Shown in pieces: positions 25,875 to 36,099 of a DNA stretch of 60,058 nucleotides (its first letter is position 1; every line of letters begins with the position of its first letter). The position numbers were made by a program, and so were the translations under genes. A model generated the notes under the pieces. The model ran no database searches. It was not told where the DNA came from and saw only the letters and a program-made list of their open reading frames with translations. The DNA is from an uncultured Lentisphaerota bacterium (GTDB lineage: Bacteria; Verrucomicrobiota; Lentisphaeria; Oligosphaerales; CAITYL01): positions 1-60,058 of the forward strand of contig CAITSE010000074.1 of the NCBI GenBank assembly GCA_903894975.1. The letters run 5' to 3'.

Positions 25875-27347
25875 TCAGGCCGCATTCCCGCCTTGGTTTT
25901 TGCCCGCCCGCACCATCTGCCACAAAACCTGCCATTCCCGCGGGCTTACGGCGCGAAGCAGCAGCATCCCCGCGCCATAGGCCGCGACGCCGCAAAGGAC
26001 ATCCGTCATGAGCCAGAACGGCGTCGGCGCTTTGGGTAGAAACCAAACCACCACGCCCATTCCTGCTGTCGCGGCCAAGACCTTGCCGAAAAACCGCCAA
26101 TCGAAAGGGAACGGCATGCATGCACGACCCACAAACAGGACGATCGCAAACTGCAAGGCGAACCCTGTCAGTTTTGCGAAGGCCGCCCCCGTGATGCCAT
26201 AGCGCGGAATCCACCATAAATTCACGCCCAGATTAAAAGTCGCCGCCACGCAAACGGCAACGGTTGTCCACGCCTGTTTCCCGGCCAACCCCAAGGCCAC
26301 GTCGAAATAGGCCGCCAGCATCAGAAACATGTACCCGAGCGCAACCACGGGCATGATCGCACTTTCGGCGGCAAACTCGGCGGTGGCGAACAGGCGCAAG
26401 ATCGGATCACTGATCAGCGCCATCCCGGCGACGGCCGGAATGAATCCGCCCAACGCCAGCCGGGTCGATTGGCGGAACAGATTTCCTAGATCCCCGTGTT
26501 GCCCACGATTGTACAATTCCGCGGCCATGCTCGGGTACATCAGCCAGATCGGATTGAAGCAGAGTTGGATCACCATGCATCCCAGGCTGTAGATACAGCT
26601 GTATACCCCGACCTCGGCCACCCCGCAATACTTCGAGAGCACCATCCGGTCCGACAGATTCAGCATCCAGGCGGCATACCCGGCTGGAACCAACGGCAAA
26701 CCGTATTTCACAAAACGCTTCAGCAACGACCAGTCGGGGAGATAAAATCCATATTTGATTCCGGTATAAAGCAGAACTCCTCCGGCGACCAGCAGATCAC
26801 AGGAAAATTCGATGAAGATAAGCGTTGCGATCGACCCCTTCATCAGCACGACTCCGACGGCAATCCCAATCGAGTAGGCGGACTGGAGCAGATTCATGAC
26901 CGCATAAGACTTCGTCCTGCCGGTGATCTGGAAGTAATTATGACATAACCCCGTAAGCAGTCCGGAAGCGAGTACCCCGCTGCACAACATCACGAAAGAC
27001 GCCTGCTCCCTGCCGCCGAAAAAACTATCCGCAAGGGGCCGGGACAAGCTCCAAAGCAGGAGCGTCGCCGCGGCGGCAACGATCAGATAATAGGCGCCAA
27101 GGGTAAATATCCCGCGAAGCTGCCGGTCAAGCCCCTCGCCCGGCAGGGCGCGCAAAGAAGCCGTATTCGTCCCCAGCAGGGCGATCGGCAGGAGCATGCT
27201 GGCAATGACGGATACCTGTGCCCCGAGCCCGTAGTTCAGCGTTCCGAGATATTGGGCCAGGACCGGGATCAGAATCACGCCCTTGAAACGCAGGATAACT
27301 TCCGTTATCCCAATCACTCCAATGGAATGAAGATATTTTCTAAGCAT
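25875..27347 (-). CDS. wzx: oligosaccharide flippase (Wzx, MOP superfamily)
   Basis: 490 aa with about 12-14 TM helices and a typical polysaccharide-biosynthesis-protein N-terminus (..GVILIPVLAQYLGTLNYGLGAQVSV..). It sits in a glycan operon. Confidence 0.75.
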   Translation of the reverse strand: MLRKYLHSIGVIGITEVILRFKGVILIPVLAQYLGTLNYGLGAQVSVIASMLLPIALLGTNTASLRALPGEGLDRQLRGIFTLGAYYLIVAAAATLLLWSLSRPLADSFFGGREQASFVMLCSGVLASGLLTGLCHNYFQITGRTKSYAVMNLLQSAYSIGIAVGVVLMKGSIATLIFIEFSCDLLVAGGVLLYTGIKYGFYLPDWSLLKRFVKYGLPLVPAGYAAWMLNLSDRMVLSKYCGVAEVGVYSCIYSLGCMVIQLCFNPIWLMYPSMAAELYNRGQHGDLGNLFRQSTRLALGGFIPAVAGMALISDPILRLFATAEFAAESAIMPVVALGYMFLMLAAYFDVALGLAGKQAWTTVAVCVAATFNLGVNLWWIPRYGITGAAFAKLTGFALQFAIVLFVGRACMPFPFDWRFFGKVLAATAGMGVVVWFLPKAPTPFWLMTDVLCGVAAYGAGMLLLRAVSPREWQVLWQMVRAGKNQGGNAA

Positions 27348-28823
27348 TCACGACTCACCATCCGGAGGACTTGAACCGGCGGGTGTGCAATCCCGCTCCG
27401 CCAAACCGCTCCGGAGACCGGATGCGTGAGCGTTCTTTGCGAACGACCAGGCATCTTCCAGCAAAAGTCGTTCCTGACGGCCAATAGTCGCCGCAGAGAA
27501 CAGCACATTGGCAAGCTCGCTCCCCCGCAACGCCTGTTGCGCGGCCTGGTCCGGATGGTCAAGGATGCGACAGCACCCGTCGAACGCATCGTCAATGTTA
27601 CGGAACCGGGCCAGGTGCCCCGTGTAGCCTTCGATCACGACTTCCGACATCCACTCGACATCATAGGCGACCACCGGGACTCTACATAAGAGTTTTTCCG
27701 CCAGTGCCGATCCGGAATAGGTTTCAAAAGCCAAAGACGCATGTTGAGTCCAACGGAGAACCTCATTCGAGGGAAGGGAGCCCGTCAAGAGCACCCGTTC
27801 CCGACACGACATGGTTTCACGCATCCGTTTGACGGCGGCAAATTCCGTTCCGTCTCCGATCATCACCAGGCGGAGATCCTCATACCGCCCGGCCAGTTTC
27901 TGGAAAACTTTTAAGACATCCAGCGGGAATTTTTCCGGCGCCATTCTGGCCACAAAGAGCATATAACGCCCCTCCAGCGGCCTCTGCCCGCTCTTCTCCG
28001 GAGAGTTGTAGCAGGAGGTCATCCGGATCCGGATCAGGGTAAGCCGTTCGACCGGAGCTCCCAGCGCAAAAGCGTGCTCATAGTTGTTCTTGTTCCGGCC
28101 AATGACATAGAAGGCGCGGCGCATCGGCCAACCCAGCAGCCAATCATTCCCCAGGCGGATCAAGGTTCTAAGCCCATATAACCGGCTGATCAAAGAAAAA
28201 TAGATGGTTCGCCCCTTGATCCGGCGCAGCATTTCATAGTTCCCTGCGACTTCGATGATAAGCGGCAGGCGCAGCAGCGCCCCGACGATGCCGCCCCGGA
28301 GGGCGCTGTGCTCATGCTGCATGGTACGGATGCAGTAAATCCCCCGCCGGGCCACAAAAATCGCCAGGCGCGGAACCACCACCAGTTCGCGCAGGAAAGC
28401 GGATGTCTCGCGAAGCCCCATCGCGAACAGCAGCTCACACAGTTTCGGAGTCGCCCAGGAGAGAATGCTCGTGCCGTCTTTCGCCGTGCAATTCATCTCC
28501 CGTGTTCCCGCGGGATCGAGCAGAATCAATTCCTGCGGCAACTCCGAGGTGAAACACCCCAGGATGTCATCTTTATGCAGGGTGTACGCTTCGGCAAGAC
28601 CAGGTTGAAGGCAGAGGAGGATTGGCGGCTTCGCCAGACGGAATGTGCGCCTCAAGCCCAACCAACCATAAAGAGCGAGGAACGGCAGAACCGGCACCGC
28701 AAGAATCATGACAAAGAGGAGGACAAGAGTGAAAGTCACCAAATCCACGAGCGCGGCACAGGCACAGGCGTAGGGAAGAATCCGCTCAGGTAGCCCGAAC
28801 GTTGTAGCAACACCAGACGGCAT
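27348..28823 (-). CDS. glycosyltransferase (GT4-like C-terminal domain) with N-terminal membrane segment
   Basis: ..LFVARMAPEKFPLDVLKVF..LVMIGDGTE.. and ..ETYSGSALAEKLLCRVPVVAYDV.. The first ATG is at 28823 (the track start at 28904 is TTG). Confidence 0.7.
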   Translation of the reverse strand: MPSGVATTFGLPERILPYACACAALVDLVTFTLVLLFVMILAVPVLPFLALYGWLGLRRTFRLAKPPILLCLQPGLAEAYTLHKDDILGCFTSELPQELILLDPAGTREMNCTAKDGTSILSWATPKLCELLFAMGLRETSAFLRELVVVPRLAIFVARRGIYCIRTMQHEHSALRGGIVGALLRLPLIIEVAGNYEMLRRIKGRTIYFSLISRLYGLRTLIRLGNDWLLGWPMRRAFYVIGRNKNNYEHAFALGAPVERLTLIRIRMTSCYNSPEKSGQRPLEGRYMLFVARMAPEKFPLDVLKVFQKLAGRYEDLRLVMIGDGTEFAAVKRMRETMSCRERVLLTGSLPSNEVLRWTQHASLAFETYSGSALAEKLLCRVPVVAYDVEWMSEVVIEGYTGHLARFRNIDDAFDGCCRILDHPDQAAQQALRGSELANVLFSAATIGRQERLLLEDAWSFAKNAHASGLRSGLAERDCTPAGSSPPDGES

Positions 28824-30276
28824 TCTCCGCCACCTTTTCGTACACGGACAATTTATAAGCCCATCCCGTAATTTGGGAAAACCGCTCCAACTGCGCCTTG
28901 TCAACGATGATATGGGTCACTTTGAACTCGGTCAACAGCGGGACAATTTCAGGCTTAAACAACGGGTATTCGCCAATATATCGTTCGAAGATCCAATTCC
29001 CATACACCCCCGGGTAGCAGACGACCCGGCAACGGGTTCTGGCGGAAATTGTTTGGCCGAAGTTGATCGGCAGCGGCAGCACCGTACTCTCCGGCCCCAC
29101 GCCGGTGTCCTGCAAGAAGGAGTTCAGGGAATCGTTCCCGTGGTGCACCCGGTTACGATCAAGCCAAAACCCGGCACCGCAAATCGCGAAGGTCACGGCC
29201 AGATACGCACAGAACAAGAGCGGGCAGAGAGGCGCAATCTTAACCGCCGCCAGGGGAAGAAGAAAAATCAGATTGTAATCCACGTAGCGCTCGGCTTCTC
29301 CGAAGTAATTGAGAAGCGGAGTCGAGGTCAGAAAATAGATTACGCCGGTGGCAATGAACAAATGCGTCAGCGGCGCTGACCACAGTTTTGACCCGGCGAA
29401 AACGAGCAGCACTTCCGGGTGCCTGACCAGCATATAGAAGGGTTCACGAGAGGTAATCTCGAAAAAATAATCTTTGCCGAAAAGCGCGCGAAGACTGGCG
29501 AATCGGCTCAGGACCGAACTGAACAATCGGCTTTTTGAAGTATACCGTCGGTAGGAATGCGAGAATCCACACTGGTCGATGAGGCCGGCAAGAAAGAACC
29601 GCCCGTTAAGCAGCACCGCAACTGAAAAACCCGCGGCTAAAGGGAGCAGATATTTTGCATTCATTCCCACCAATGCCCAGGCCGCAGAAGAAAAGAAAAT
29701 CGCCTGTCGCGCAAACATCGACGTGATTAACCCGATCCCCCCCAGAATCGCGCTCATGCCGAGAAACTCGAGTCTCCCCGTTTCCGCCCACATGACCGCA
29801 GAGAGAAAAAATCCCCCGGTTGACAGCCGGGCCAGAAGCCGTTCGGAGAGAGAAAGAAACAGAATCGCGTCTTTTTGCAGGAGAACATTCGCGGCGCAAA
29901 CCACGAACAACAAACCGGCGCCGAGGCCGATACCCGGGGAATACACCTCGGCACACAGGCAATACCAAACCGCAAAGAACACGAATATCACCATATTAGG
30001 CAGGTACGGAGATCGCCGTACGCGCTCAATGCCAAAGAGGCTGGCAAACCGATGAAACGCGATCGGATAAGTATCCACCCCGTTCTTGATAAGGAATTCC
30101 GGAATGCCGGTATAGGGCCGCTTACCGTTGGCCAGAGCCCGGACGATACAGAAATGATACCCGGCGTCCCCCATGAGCCCGCGGGTCAAGACCTGACGGT
30201 AAAACCGGAGAAGCGCAAACCGGCACCCCCAGGCCACCACCCCGACGATTCCTGCTGCTATCGCTAATTTGAGCAT
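28786..30276 (-). CDS. polytopic membrane protein, candidate O-antigen/EPS polymerase (Wzy-like)
   Basis: 496 aa with more than 10 TM helices and no recognisable motif. It occupies the wzy position between the hisF-like gene and a glycosyltransferase, next to wzx. Confidence 0.5.
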   Translation of the reverse strand: MLKLAIAAGIVGVVAWGCRFALLRFYRQVLTRGLMGDAGYHFCIVRALANGKRPYTGIPEFLIKNGVDTYPIAFHRFASLFGIERVRRSPYLPNMVIFVFFAVWYCLCAEVYSPGIGLGAGLLFVVCAANVLLQKDAILFLSLSERLLARLSTGGFFLSAVMWAETGRLEFLGMSAILGGIGLITSMFARQAIFFSSAAWALVGMNAKYLLPLAAGFSVAVLLNGRFFLAGLIDQCGFSHSYRRYTSKSRLFSSVLSRFASLRALFGKDYFFEITSREPFYMLVRHPEVLLVFAGSKLWSAPLTHLFIATGVIYFLTSTPLLNYFGEAERYVDYNLIFLLPLAAVKIAPLCPLLFCAYLAVTFAICGAGFWLDRNRVHHGNDSLNSFLQDTGVGPESTVLPLPINFGQTISARTRCRVVCYPGVYGNWIFERYIGEYPLFKPEIVPLLTEFKVTHIIVDKAQLERFSQITGWAYKLSVYEKVAENAVWCCYNVRAT

Positions 30277-31037
30277 CCCGCCAACACCCGTCGTCTTTCG
30301 ATTTTCGATGGAAAATTCACCAGAACCCCGCGATTCCGGCCCTGGTAAACAAAAATACTGCCAGCCGCGACAGCCGCCGCGCCGCCCTCCTTGGCCGCGG
30401 CACCCAAATCCTCAAGGGAACCCGCTCCACCACAGGCAATCACCGGAATCTTGACGCTGTTGACCACCGCCTTGATCAAGTTGAGGTCAAACCCGGAGAA
30501 CGTGCCGTCCCGATCAATGGAGGTCAAGAGGATTTCCCCGGCTCCCAACGCCTCTACTTTCCGGGCGTGGGACACGGGATCCAGACGCGTCCGGCTGCGC
30601 CCGCCCCGCACCCAAACCTCGTATCGTCCCCACCAGTCACGCCGAACATCCATGGAAACAATCACGCTCTGCCTCCCGAATGCCACGGAGGCCGCCGTGA
30701 CCAATTCCGGGTTTTCAAATGCCGCCGTATTCAACGCGACCTTTTCAACTCCGAGGGAGAAGATCCGGCGCATTTGATCCAAGTCACGAACTCCTCCGCC
30801 ATAAGCAAACGGCATGAAGCATTCGCTGGCGATCTCCTGGATCAGTTCGTATTGCGGCGGGCGGCCATCACGGGTGGCCAGAATATCGAGGAAAATTAGC
30901 TCATCGACCTCTTTTTCGTTGAAGATCCGCACCGTGTTGATCGGATCCCCAACATAGACCATCTTGTCAAAACGAACGGTCTTTACCAGCCCGCGATTAC
31001 GCAACAACAAACACGGGATGACTCGGACATTTAACAT
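30264..31037 (-). CDS. hisF: HisF-like cyclase subunit of the acetamidino-sugar module (AglZ/HisF2/WbuZ type)
   Basis: MLNVRVIPCLLL..GLVKTVRF.., ..DELIFLDI.., ..GGGVR.., ..IACGGAGS.. HisF fold in a glycan-operon context next to a HisH-like gene and a WbuX-like gene. Confidence 0.85.
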   Translation of the reverse strand: MLNVRVIPCLLLRNRGLVKTVRFDKMVYVGDPINTVRIFNEKEVDELIFLDILATRDGRPPQYELIQEIASECFMPFAYGGGVRDLDQMRRIFSLGVEKVALNTAAFENPELVTAASVAFGRQSVIVSMDVRRDWWGRYEVWVRGGRSRTRLDPVSHARKVEALGAGEILLTSIDRDGTFSGFDLNLIKAVVNSVKIPVIACGGAGSLEDLGAAAKEGGAAAVAAGSIFVYQGRNRGVLVNFPSKIERRRVLAGCSN

Positions 31038-31654
31038 GGGGACTTCATTTCCACGAATCTCTGAAAAAGATTCATGCCGTGTTTGTGACTTTTTTCCGGG
31101 TGGAACTGCACGCCCATGATATTGCCCCGCTGGACGGCGGAAACAAATTCACAACCATAGTCCGTTGTCGCTAAAATATCATTCCCATCCTGACAAGTGA
31201 CATGGTAGGAATGGACAAAGTAAAAGCCATGATCCTCGTCAAGATTTTGAAACAGCGACTTGTCGCGGCAAGGCCTGACGCGGCTCCACCCCATATGAGG
31301 AATGGGCAGGGAAACCGCTTCCGGAAAACGGAACCGGATGGCTCGCCCTGAGATCCAACCCAAGCCTTGGCTAACTCCCTCTTCGCTTGAGTTCATCAAC
31401 AATTGCATGCCCAGGCAGATGCCGAGTAACGGCTTGCGTTTTTGAAAGATTTCCGTTTCCAGCGAGGGGATCCAGTTCCCGCCCCGCAGCCGCCCCATGC
31501 CTTCGTCAAAAGCGCCAACTCCCGGCAAAATGATGGCATCGGCATTGGCCAGCAACTCGGGCGAGGTGACAATCGACGCTGCGGCCCCTACGCGTTTGAG
31601 CATATTGGCAATGGAACCAAGATTGCCAAGACCATAGTCCACAACCGCAATCAT
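31031..31654 (-). CDS. hisH: HisH-like glutamine amidotransferase subunit (HisH2/WbuY type)
   Basis: MIAVVDYGLGNLGSI.., ILPGVGAF, GICLGMQLL (catalytic Cys), FHPEKS. Confidence 0.85.
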   Translation of the reverse strand: MIAVVDYGLGNLGSIANMLKRVGAAASIVTSPELLANADAIILPGVGAFDEGMGRLRGGNWIPSLETEIFQKRKPLLGICLGMQLLMNSSEEGVSQGLGWISGRAIRFRFPEAVSLPIPHMGWSRVRPCRDKSLFQNLDEDHGFYFVHSYHVTCQDGNDILATTDYGCEFVSAVQRGNIMGVQFHPEKSHKHGMNLFQRFVEMKSPC

Positions 31655-32892
31655 GAAATGGATTCCTGATTTCGCGCCGTGTATTTGATATAAAAGCTCT
31701 GAGGAACAAGCTCCAACTTGTACATCAGCCAGAAAAACGGCCGCATCCGCTCAAAAGTCCGCTTATAGGTTTTATAATCGCGATACGAGCGAAAAGGAAG
31801 AGTCATGAGGCGAACGAACTCTTCATCCGAAAACCCGAGCCGTTTCTTGACAAGATCAATCAGCCCCGGTTCCACCGTTGGCGGAGCCTCCAGCTGAGAA
31901 ATGGCATCCGCGCGGGTCATCTGTCCGGAGCGAATCAAAGCTGAAAATCCATTAGCCCGCCCGTCAATCCTCCACCGGCGCGGGAGAAAATAGCCATGGT
32001 AAAACGCCGTAAAGCGGTTTTCCAGGTGATGGCCGCCATACCACTTCCAGCCGAACTCGGCGGTCAGCTTTTTCTTGGTCTCCTCCTTGTTGTACTCCAT
32101 CCAATAAAGCGGGCGGATCTTCTTTACCCGGCTGATCAGCATGAATCGCAAAAACCGGGCCATGGTCAGATTGGGATAGGTGCGCATTCCGTGCTCATGA
32201 AAATGGCCGTGCTGACGGACGACACTTTCGATATATTTCCCATCCATATACATCCAGCCGAGCGGAGAGACCCCCTCGGTTCGAAACGAATGCCCCTCAA
32301 ACTGATAAGGGATTCCGTACTTTAACGACGGCAGATACAGCGTCGTCGCCAGGCCAATATCGGTCGGGGCTTCAATATCGGGAACCCCGGACAGCAAAAA
32401 GGATCGGTAGATGTCATCATAGACTTCATTGTCCACAACATGCGTATACAATTCGACGCCGAGCTTATCCAGCACGGTATGGATGTTTTCAACCGCGATC
32501 TGAGAATTCCAAGTATTGTCAAAATGCACGGCCAATGGGCGCAACCCCCACTGTTTGGCCATCCAAACCAAGGCTGAACTGTCACAGCCACCGCTGACTC
32601 CGACCACCACATCAAACGCTTTTCCGCGGCCGGCCTTCCGGACTTTTTCGATGACCTGTTCCAGTTGTTTCTGTCCGTCTTCACCCGCCGGATATTGGGT
32701 GTCAAGATAATTATGGAGGCGACAATAAGAGCAAACCCCATGTTCGTCAAAAACGATGCCGGGAACCTCATCGGTATAGACACACCGCGTACACCGCTGC
32801 CGCTCCCGTTGTGCGCTTACTCTTTCGGCCCACTCCTGCATCCAGGCGGACTCATCGGAAAAAATTTCCGGTTTGGGAATAACTGCCCACAT
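31651..32892 (-). CDS. N-acetyl sugar amidotransferase (WbpG/WbuX/PseA-like PP-loop ATPase)
   Basis: N-terminal Cys-rich segment CTRCVYTD..GVCSYC, then the PP-loop VGVSGGCDSS. ATGA overlap with the hisH-like start. Confidence 0.8.
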   Translation of the reverse strand: MWAVIPKPEIFSDESAWMQEWAERVSAQRERQRCTRCVYTDEVPGIVFDEHGVCSYCRLHNYLDTQYPAGEDGQKQLEQVIEKVRKAGRGKAFDVVVGVSGGCDSSALVWMAKQWGLRPLAVHFDNTWNSQIAVENIHTVLDKLGVELYTHVVDNEVYDDIYRSFLLSGVPDIEAPTDIGLATTLYLPSLKYGIPYQFEGHSFRTEGVSPLGWMYMDGKYIESVVRQHGHFHEHGMRTYPNLTMARFLRFMLISRVKKIRPLYWMEYNKEETKKKLTAEFGWKWYGGHHLENRFTAFYHGYFLPRRWRIDGRANGFSALIRSGQMTRADAISQLEAPPTVEPGLIDLVKKRLGFSDEEFVRLMTLPFRSYRDYKTYKRTFERMRPFFWLMYKLELVPQSFYIKYTARNQESIS

Positions 32893-33075
32893 TTGCGACT
32901 CTCCTAAACGTGATGTAATGATAGGTATTTCACTTGAAAAGGCAGATCGCGCGTCCCTCGACTGCGCCTCTTCCGGCGCAGAAATCGCGCCGTCTGGTCA
33001 GCATACGCAGCACAGCATTGGGATTAGCGGTCTTGGAGAACCCGGGAGACCTGGGGTGCATGATGAAATTTCGCC

Positions 33076-34950
33076 TTACCCGCCGATAAACACACGCAGC
33101 CAGCGGTCGACGTTGAGGAGAGACCAGATGAGCAGTCGCCGATTACGCACGCCGTGCAAATGCTCTTGGATCAACCGGGAAACCGCCGCATAGTCCAGCC
33201 ACTCATAAAGCGGCGAGCGCGGAGTCAGCAAGGTGGCTTTTACATATTCAATACTGTCGCCCTTGAACCAACTGGCGTCGGGAGCGGAGAATCCCTGTTT
33301 GACGCCGCCGGAGACGGACGCGGGAATGTAGCGCTCCATCACTTTGCGCAAAATCAGTTTGCCATCCCGCGTCTGATCAAAAAATTTCCGGTTCTTGTCA
33401 ACATCATTTTCATTCATCTTGGCAACTTCGCCCAAATTCCCGAGCTTGAGCGAAACCGGGAGGTGCGTGGTGAATTCCACCAGATCGTTGTCCAGGAAGG
33501 GCACGCGTCCCTCCAAGCTATGGGCCATGCTCAGCTTGTCCTCGACAATCAGCAGGCCATGAAGGAAGGTTTTGGCCTCGAAATAGAGGGAGTGATTAAC
33601 GTAATCAGCCGGGGTGCGCAGATTGTGTTCGTGTTTTTTAAAGACATTATGGAAAATGTCCCGGGTCCAGACATGTTTCACATCCGGCCAGATGGGCGCG
33701 AAAACCTGGCGGATCTCCTGATTCACGATAAGGCGCTGCCAGAACCCATAGTACTTGTCGACGTAGTCCTCGAAATTATCGTTGACCACCGCGCGATAGT
33801 AGCGCCAGGGATACCCGCCGAAAAGCTCATCGCCGCCTGTCCCGGAAAGCACCACTTTGACGAACTTGGAGGCGAGTTTGGCCGCATAATAGTTGGGATA
33901 GCTCTGCCCGACCCGCGGCTCTTCCAGATGTTTAACCACCGCCGGGAGGCAGCGCTCCATATCCCCGGACTTGAGCACCATTTCGTAATGCTCGGTCTTG
34001 AACAGGTAGGACATGTATTCGGCGGTCTGTCGCTCATCGAAGGTCAATTCGAGACCGCTGGCGGAGCGCAGATCGAAGCCGCAGGTGAAGCTTTTCAGAA
34101 ACGGGATCTCGCGCGCCGCGATCGCGGTAATGGAACCGGAGTCCATACCGCCGGAGAGGTAGGATCCGACATCAACGTCACTGACGAGCTGCCGCCGCAC
34201 AGCTTGACGGAACAGGCGGTCCAATTCTTCCTCATATTCCGCCGGGGACGCGGGGCGCTCCGGCTCCTGAAAATCAAAATCCCAATACTGCTGGAGGTGC
34301 AACTCCGGCTGGTCCGCCGAGATGGTGGCCCAGTGGCCGGCGGGAAAGGTGCGCGCATCTTTAAACAGGGTGCGGTCGGTGAAGAAATTCTGAAAGGTGA
34401 AGTATTCGAGAAGCGCTTCCGGGTCAAGCCGGGTCCGGTAATGGCCGCTGGCCACAAACGCTTTGATTTCCGAAGCGAACAGGAACGTGTGCCCCTGCAT
34501 GGTGTAGTACAAGGGTTTGATCCCGTACCGATCACGAGCCAGAAAGAGCCGCCGTTCGCGGCTGTCCCAGATCGCAAAGGCGAACATGCCGTTAAATTTT
34601 TCGACGCAGGCCGGCCCCCATTGCACAAACGCGCGCAGAACCACTTCCGTATCCGTACGGGAATGGAAGGCATGACCCAATGCCTCCAGTTGCCCCCGGA
34701 GTTCCTGAAAGTTGTAGACTTCCCCGTTATAGGTGATGACAAAGCGACTGTCAGCGGTCATCATGGGCTGATGTCCGGCCGGTGACAGGTCGAGAATGGC
34801 CAGGCGACGATGGCCGAGGCCGAGATTCCCGACGGCATAGTGTCCCTCGCCGTCCGGCCCGCGATGCGCCAAGGAATCCGTCATGCGGCGCAACGCCACC
34901 GCCGATACGGGTTCCCTGTCAAGGTTGAAGATTCCTGCGATTCCGCACAT
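33076..34950 (-). CDS. asnB: asparagine synthase (glutamine-hydrolysing) family amidotransferase (WbpS-like in context)
   Basis: N-terminal MCGIAGIF (Ntn Cys2), ..GPDG.., a synthetase domain with SGGMDSG, 624 aa. Confidence 0.85.
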   Translation of the reverse strand: MCGIAGIFNLDREPVSAVALRRMTDSLAHRGPDGEGHYAVGNLGLGHRRLAILDLSPAGHQPMMTADSRFVITYNGEVYNFQELRGQLEALGHAFHSRTDTEVVLRAFVQWGPACVEKFNGMFAFAIWDSRERRLFLARDRYGIKPLYYTMQGHTFLFASEIKAFVASGHYRTRLDPEALLEYFTFQNFFTDRTLFKDARTFPAGHWATISADQPELHLQQYWDFDFQEPERPASPAEYEEELDRLFRQAVRRQLVSDVDVGSYLSGGMDSGSITAIAAREIPFLKSFTCGFDLRSASGLELTFDERQTAEYMSYLFKTEHYEMVLKSGDMERCLPAVVKHLEEPRVGQSYPNYYAAKLASKFVKVVLSGTGGDELFGGYPWRYYRAVVNDNFEDYVDKYYGFWQRLIVNQEIRQVFAPIWPDVKHVWTRDIFHNVFKKHEHNLRTPADYVNHSLYFEAKTFLHGLLIVEDKLSMAHSLEGRVPFLDNDLVEFTTHLPVSLKLGNLGEVAKMNENDVDKNRKFFDQTRDGKLILRKVMERYIPASVSGGVKQGFSAPDASWFKGDSIEYVKATLLTPRSPLYEWLDYAAVSRLIQEHLHGVRNRRLLIWSLLNVDRWLRVFIGG

Positions 34951-34986
34951 GGGTCAACGCTCTTTCGCTACCGGGTCAGACTCGCA

Positions 34987-36099
34987 TTATCCACCGCTGA
35001 CGACTTTCAGCAACGCAACCACGACACGCCCCTGCTCGGCCTCCGTCATTTCATGATAGAGCGGCAGCGCCAGGCAGTGGTCAAAGCCATGGCGACTGCC
35101 CTTAAACGGTCCGTTCAAGCGGTATGCGGGTTCTTTCTGAAAGACCGGCTGCAAGTGGAGCGCATAAGTGCCGATCTGGGCTTCAATACCCATGTCCCTG
35201 AGCGTTTGCATGACCGCATTACGCCGCTCCACAAACACCGAGAACGTCTGATAAGAGTGGCTGCCGCCGGGGGTGGTTTTCGGCAGTGTGATGCCGGGTT
35301 TATCGGCCAGGAGGCGCACATAATTTGCCGCCAGTTCCTGACGCCGTTGGAGCAACGCGTCCGCCTGCTGCATCTGCCCCAGGGCCACCGCCGCCAGAAT
35401 ATTGCTGAGCTTGTAATTCGTGCCGGTCCGCTCAAAAGAGGCGCCCAGCCGCGAATCCGTAACCCCCATGCCAAAGTGTTTATAGGAGTTCATCCAATCA
35501 GCCCAAGCGTTATTGTCGGTGGTGACAATGCCACCCTCGCCCGACGTGATAAACTTGCGGGGATGCAGGCTGAACACGGAAATGTCGGCCCAGGCCCCGA
35601 CGCGACGCCCCTGATACGCGGCGCCAATGGCGCAGGCGGCATCTTCAAGGATAAACAGCCGATGCTGTTTCTTGATGGTATTCAGCCGCCCATAATCCAA
35701 GGGGTTGCCAAATATCGACACGGGCATGATCGCCTTGGTGCGCGGGGTGATGGCGGCTTCCAGGCGATCATAATCCATCAGCATGGATATCGGATCCGTA
35801 TCCACGATAACCGCAGTTGCCCCGACAATGGCCACCACCTGAGCCGTCACCGGATATGTATAGTCCGGAACGATTACTTCATCTCCGGGGCCGACGCCCA
35901 GCGCCCGCAACGCCAATTCCAATCCCGTGGAGCAGGAAGTGACGGCCAGAGCATGCCTGACGCCGACAAAGGCGGCCGCCGCGACTTCAAGCTCGCGGGT
36001 GACTGGACCTTCCGTGAGATATCCGCTGTCCAAGACCGCCGCCACGCGTTCTTTGGTGCCAGGGGGAAGATACGGTTTGATCAGGGGGATGTCAAACAT
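34987..36099 (-). CDS. DegT/DnrJ/EryC1/StrS aminotransferase (WbpE-like)
   Basis: 370 aa PLP sugar aminotransferase (..IPLIKPYL.., ..VTSCSTGLELALRAL.., ..FSLHPRKFITSGEGG..). Confidence 0.85.
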   Translation of the reverse strand: MFDIPLIKPYLPPGTKERVAAVLDSGYLTEGPVTRELEVAAAAFVGVRHALAVTSCSTGLELALRALGVGPGDEVIVPDYTYPVTAQVVAIVGATAVIVDTDPISMLMDYDRLEAAITPRTKAIMPVSIFGNPLDYGRLNTIKKQHRLFILEDAACAIGAAYQGRRVGAWADISVFSLHPRKFITSGEGGIVTTDNNAWADWMNSYKHFGMGVTDSRLGASFERTGTNYKLSNILAAVALGQMQQADALLQRRQELAANYVRLLADKPGITLPKTTPGGSHSYQTFSVFVERRNAVMQTLRDMGIEAQIGTYALHLQPVFQKEPAYRLNGPFKGSRHGFDHCLALPLYHEMTEAEQGRVVVALLKVVSGG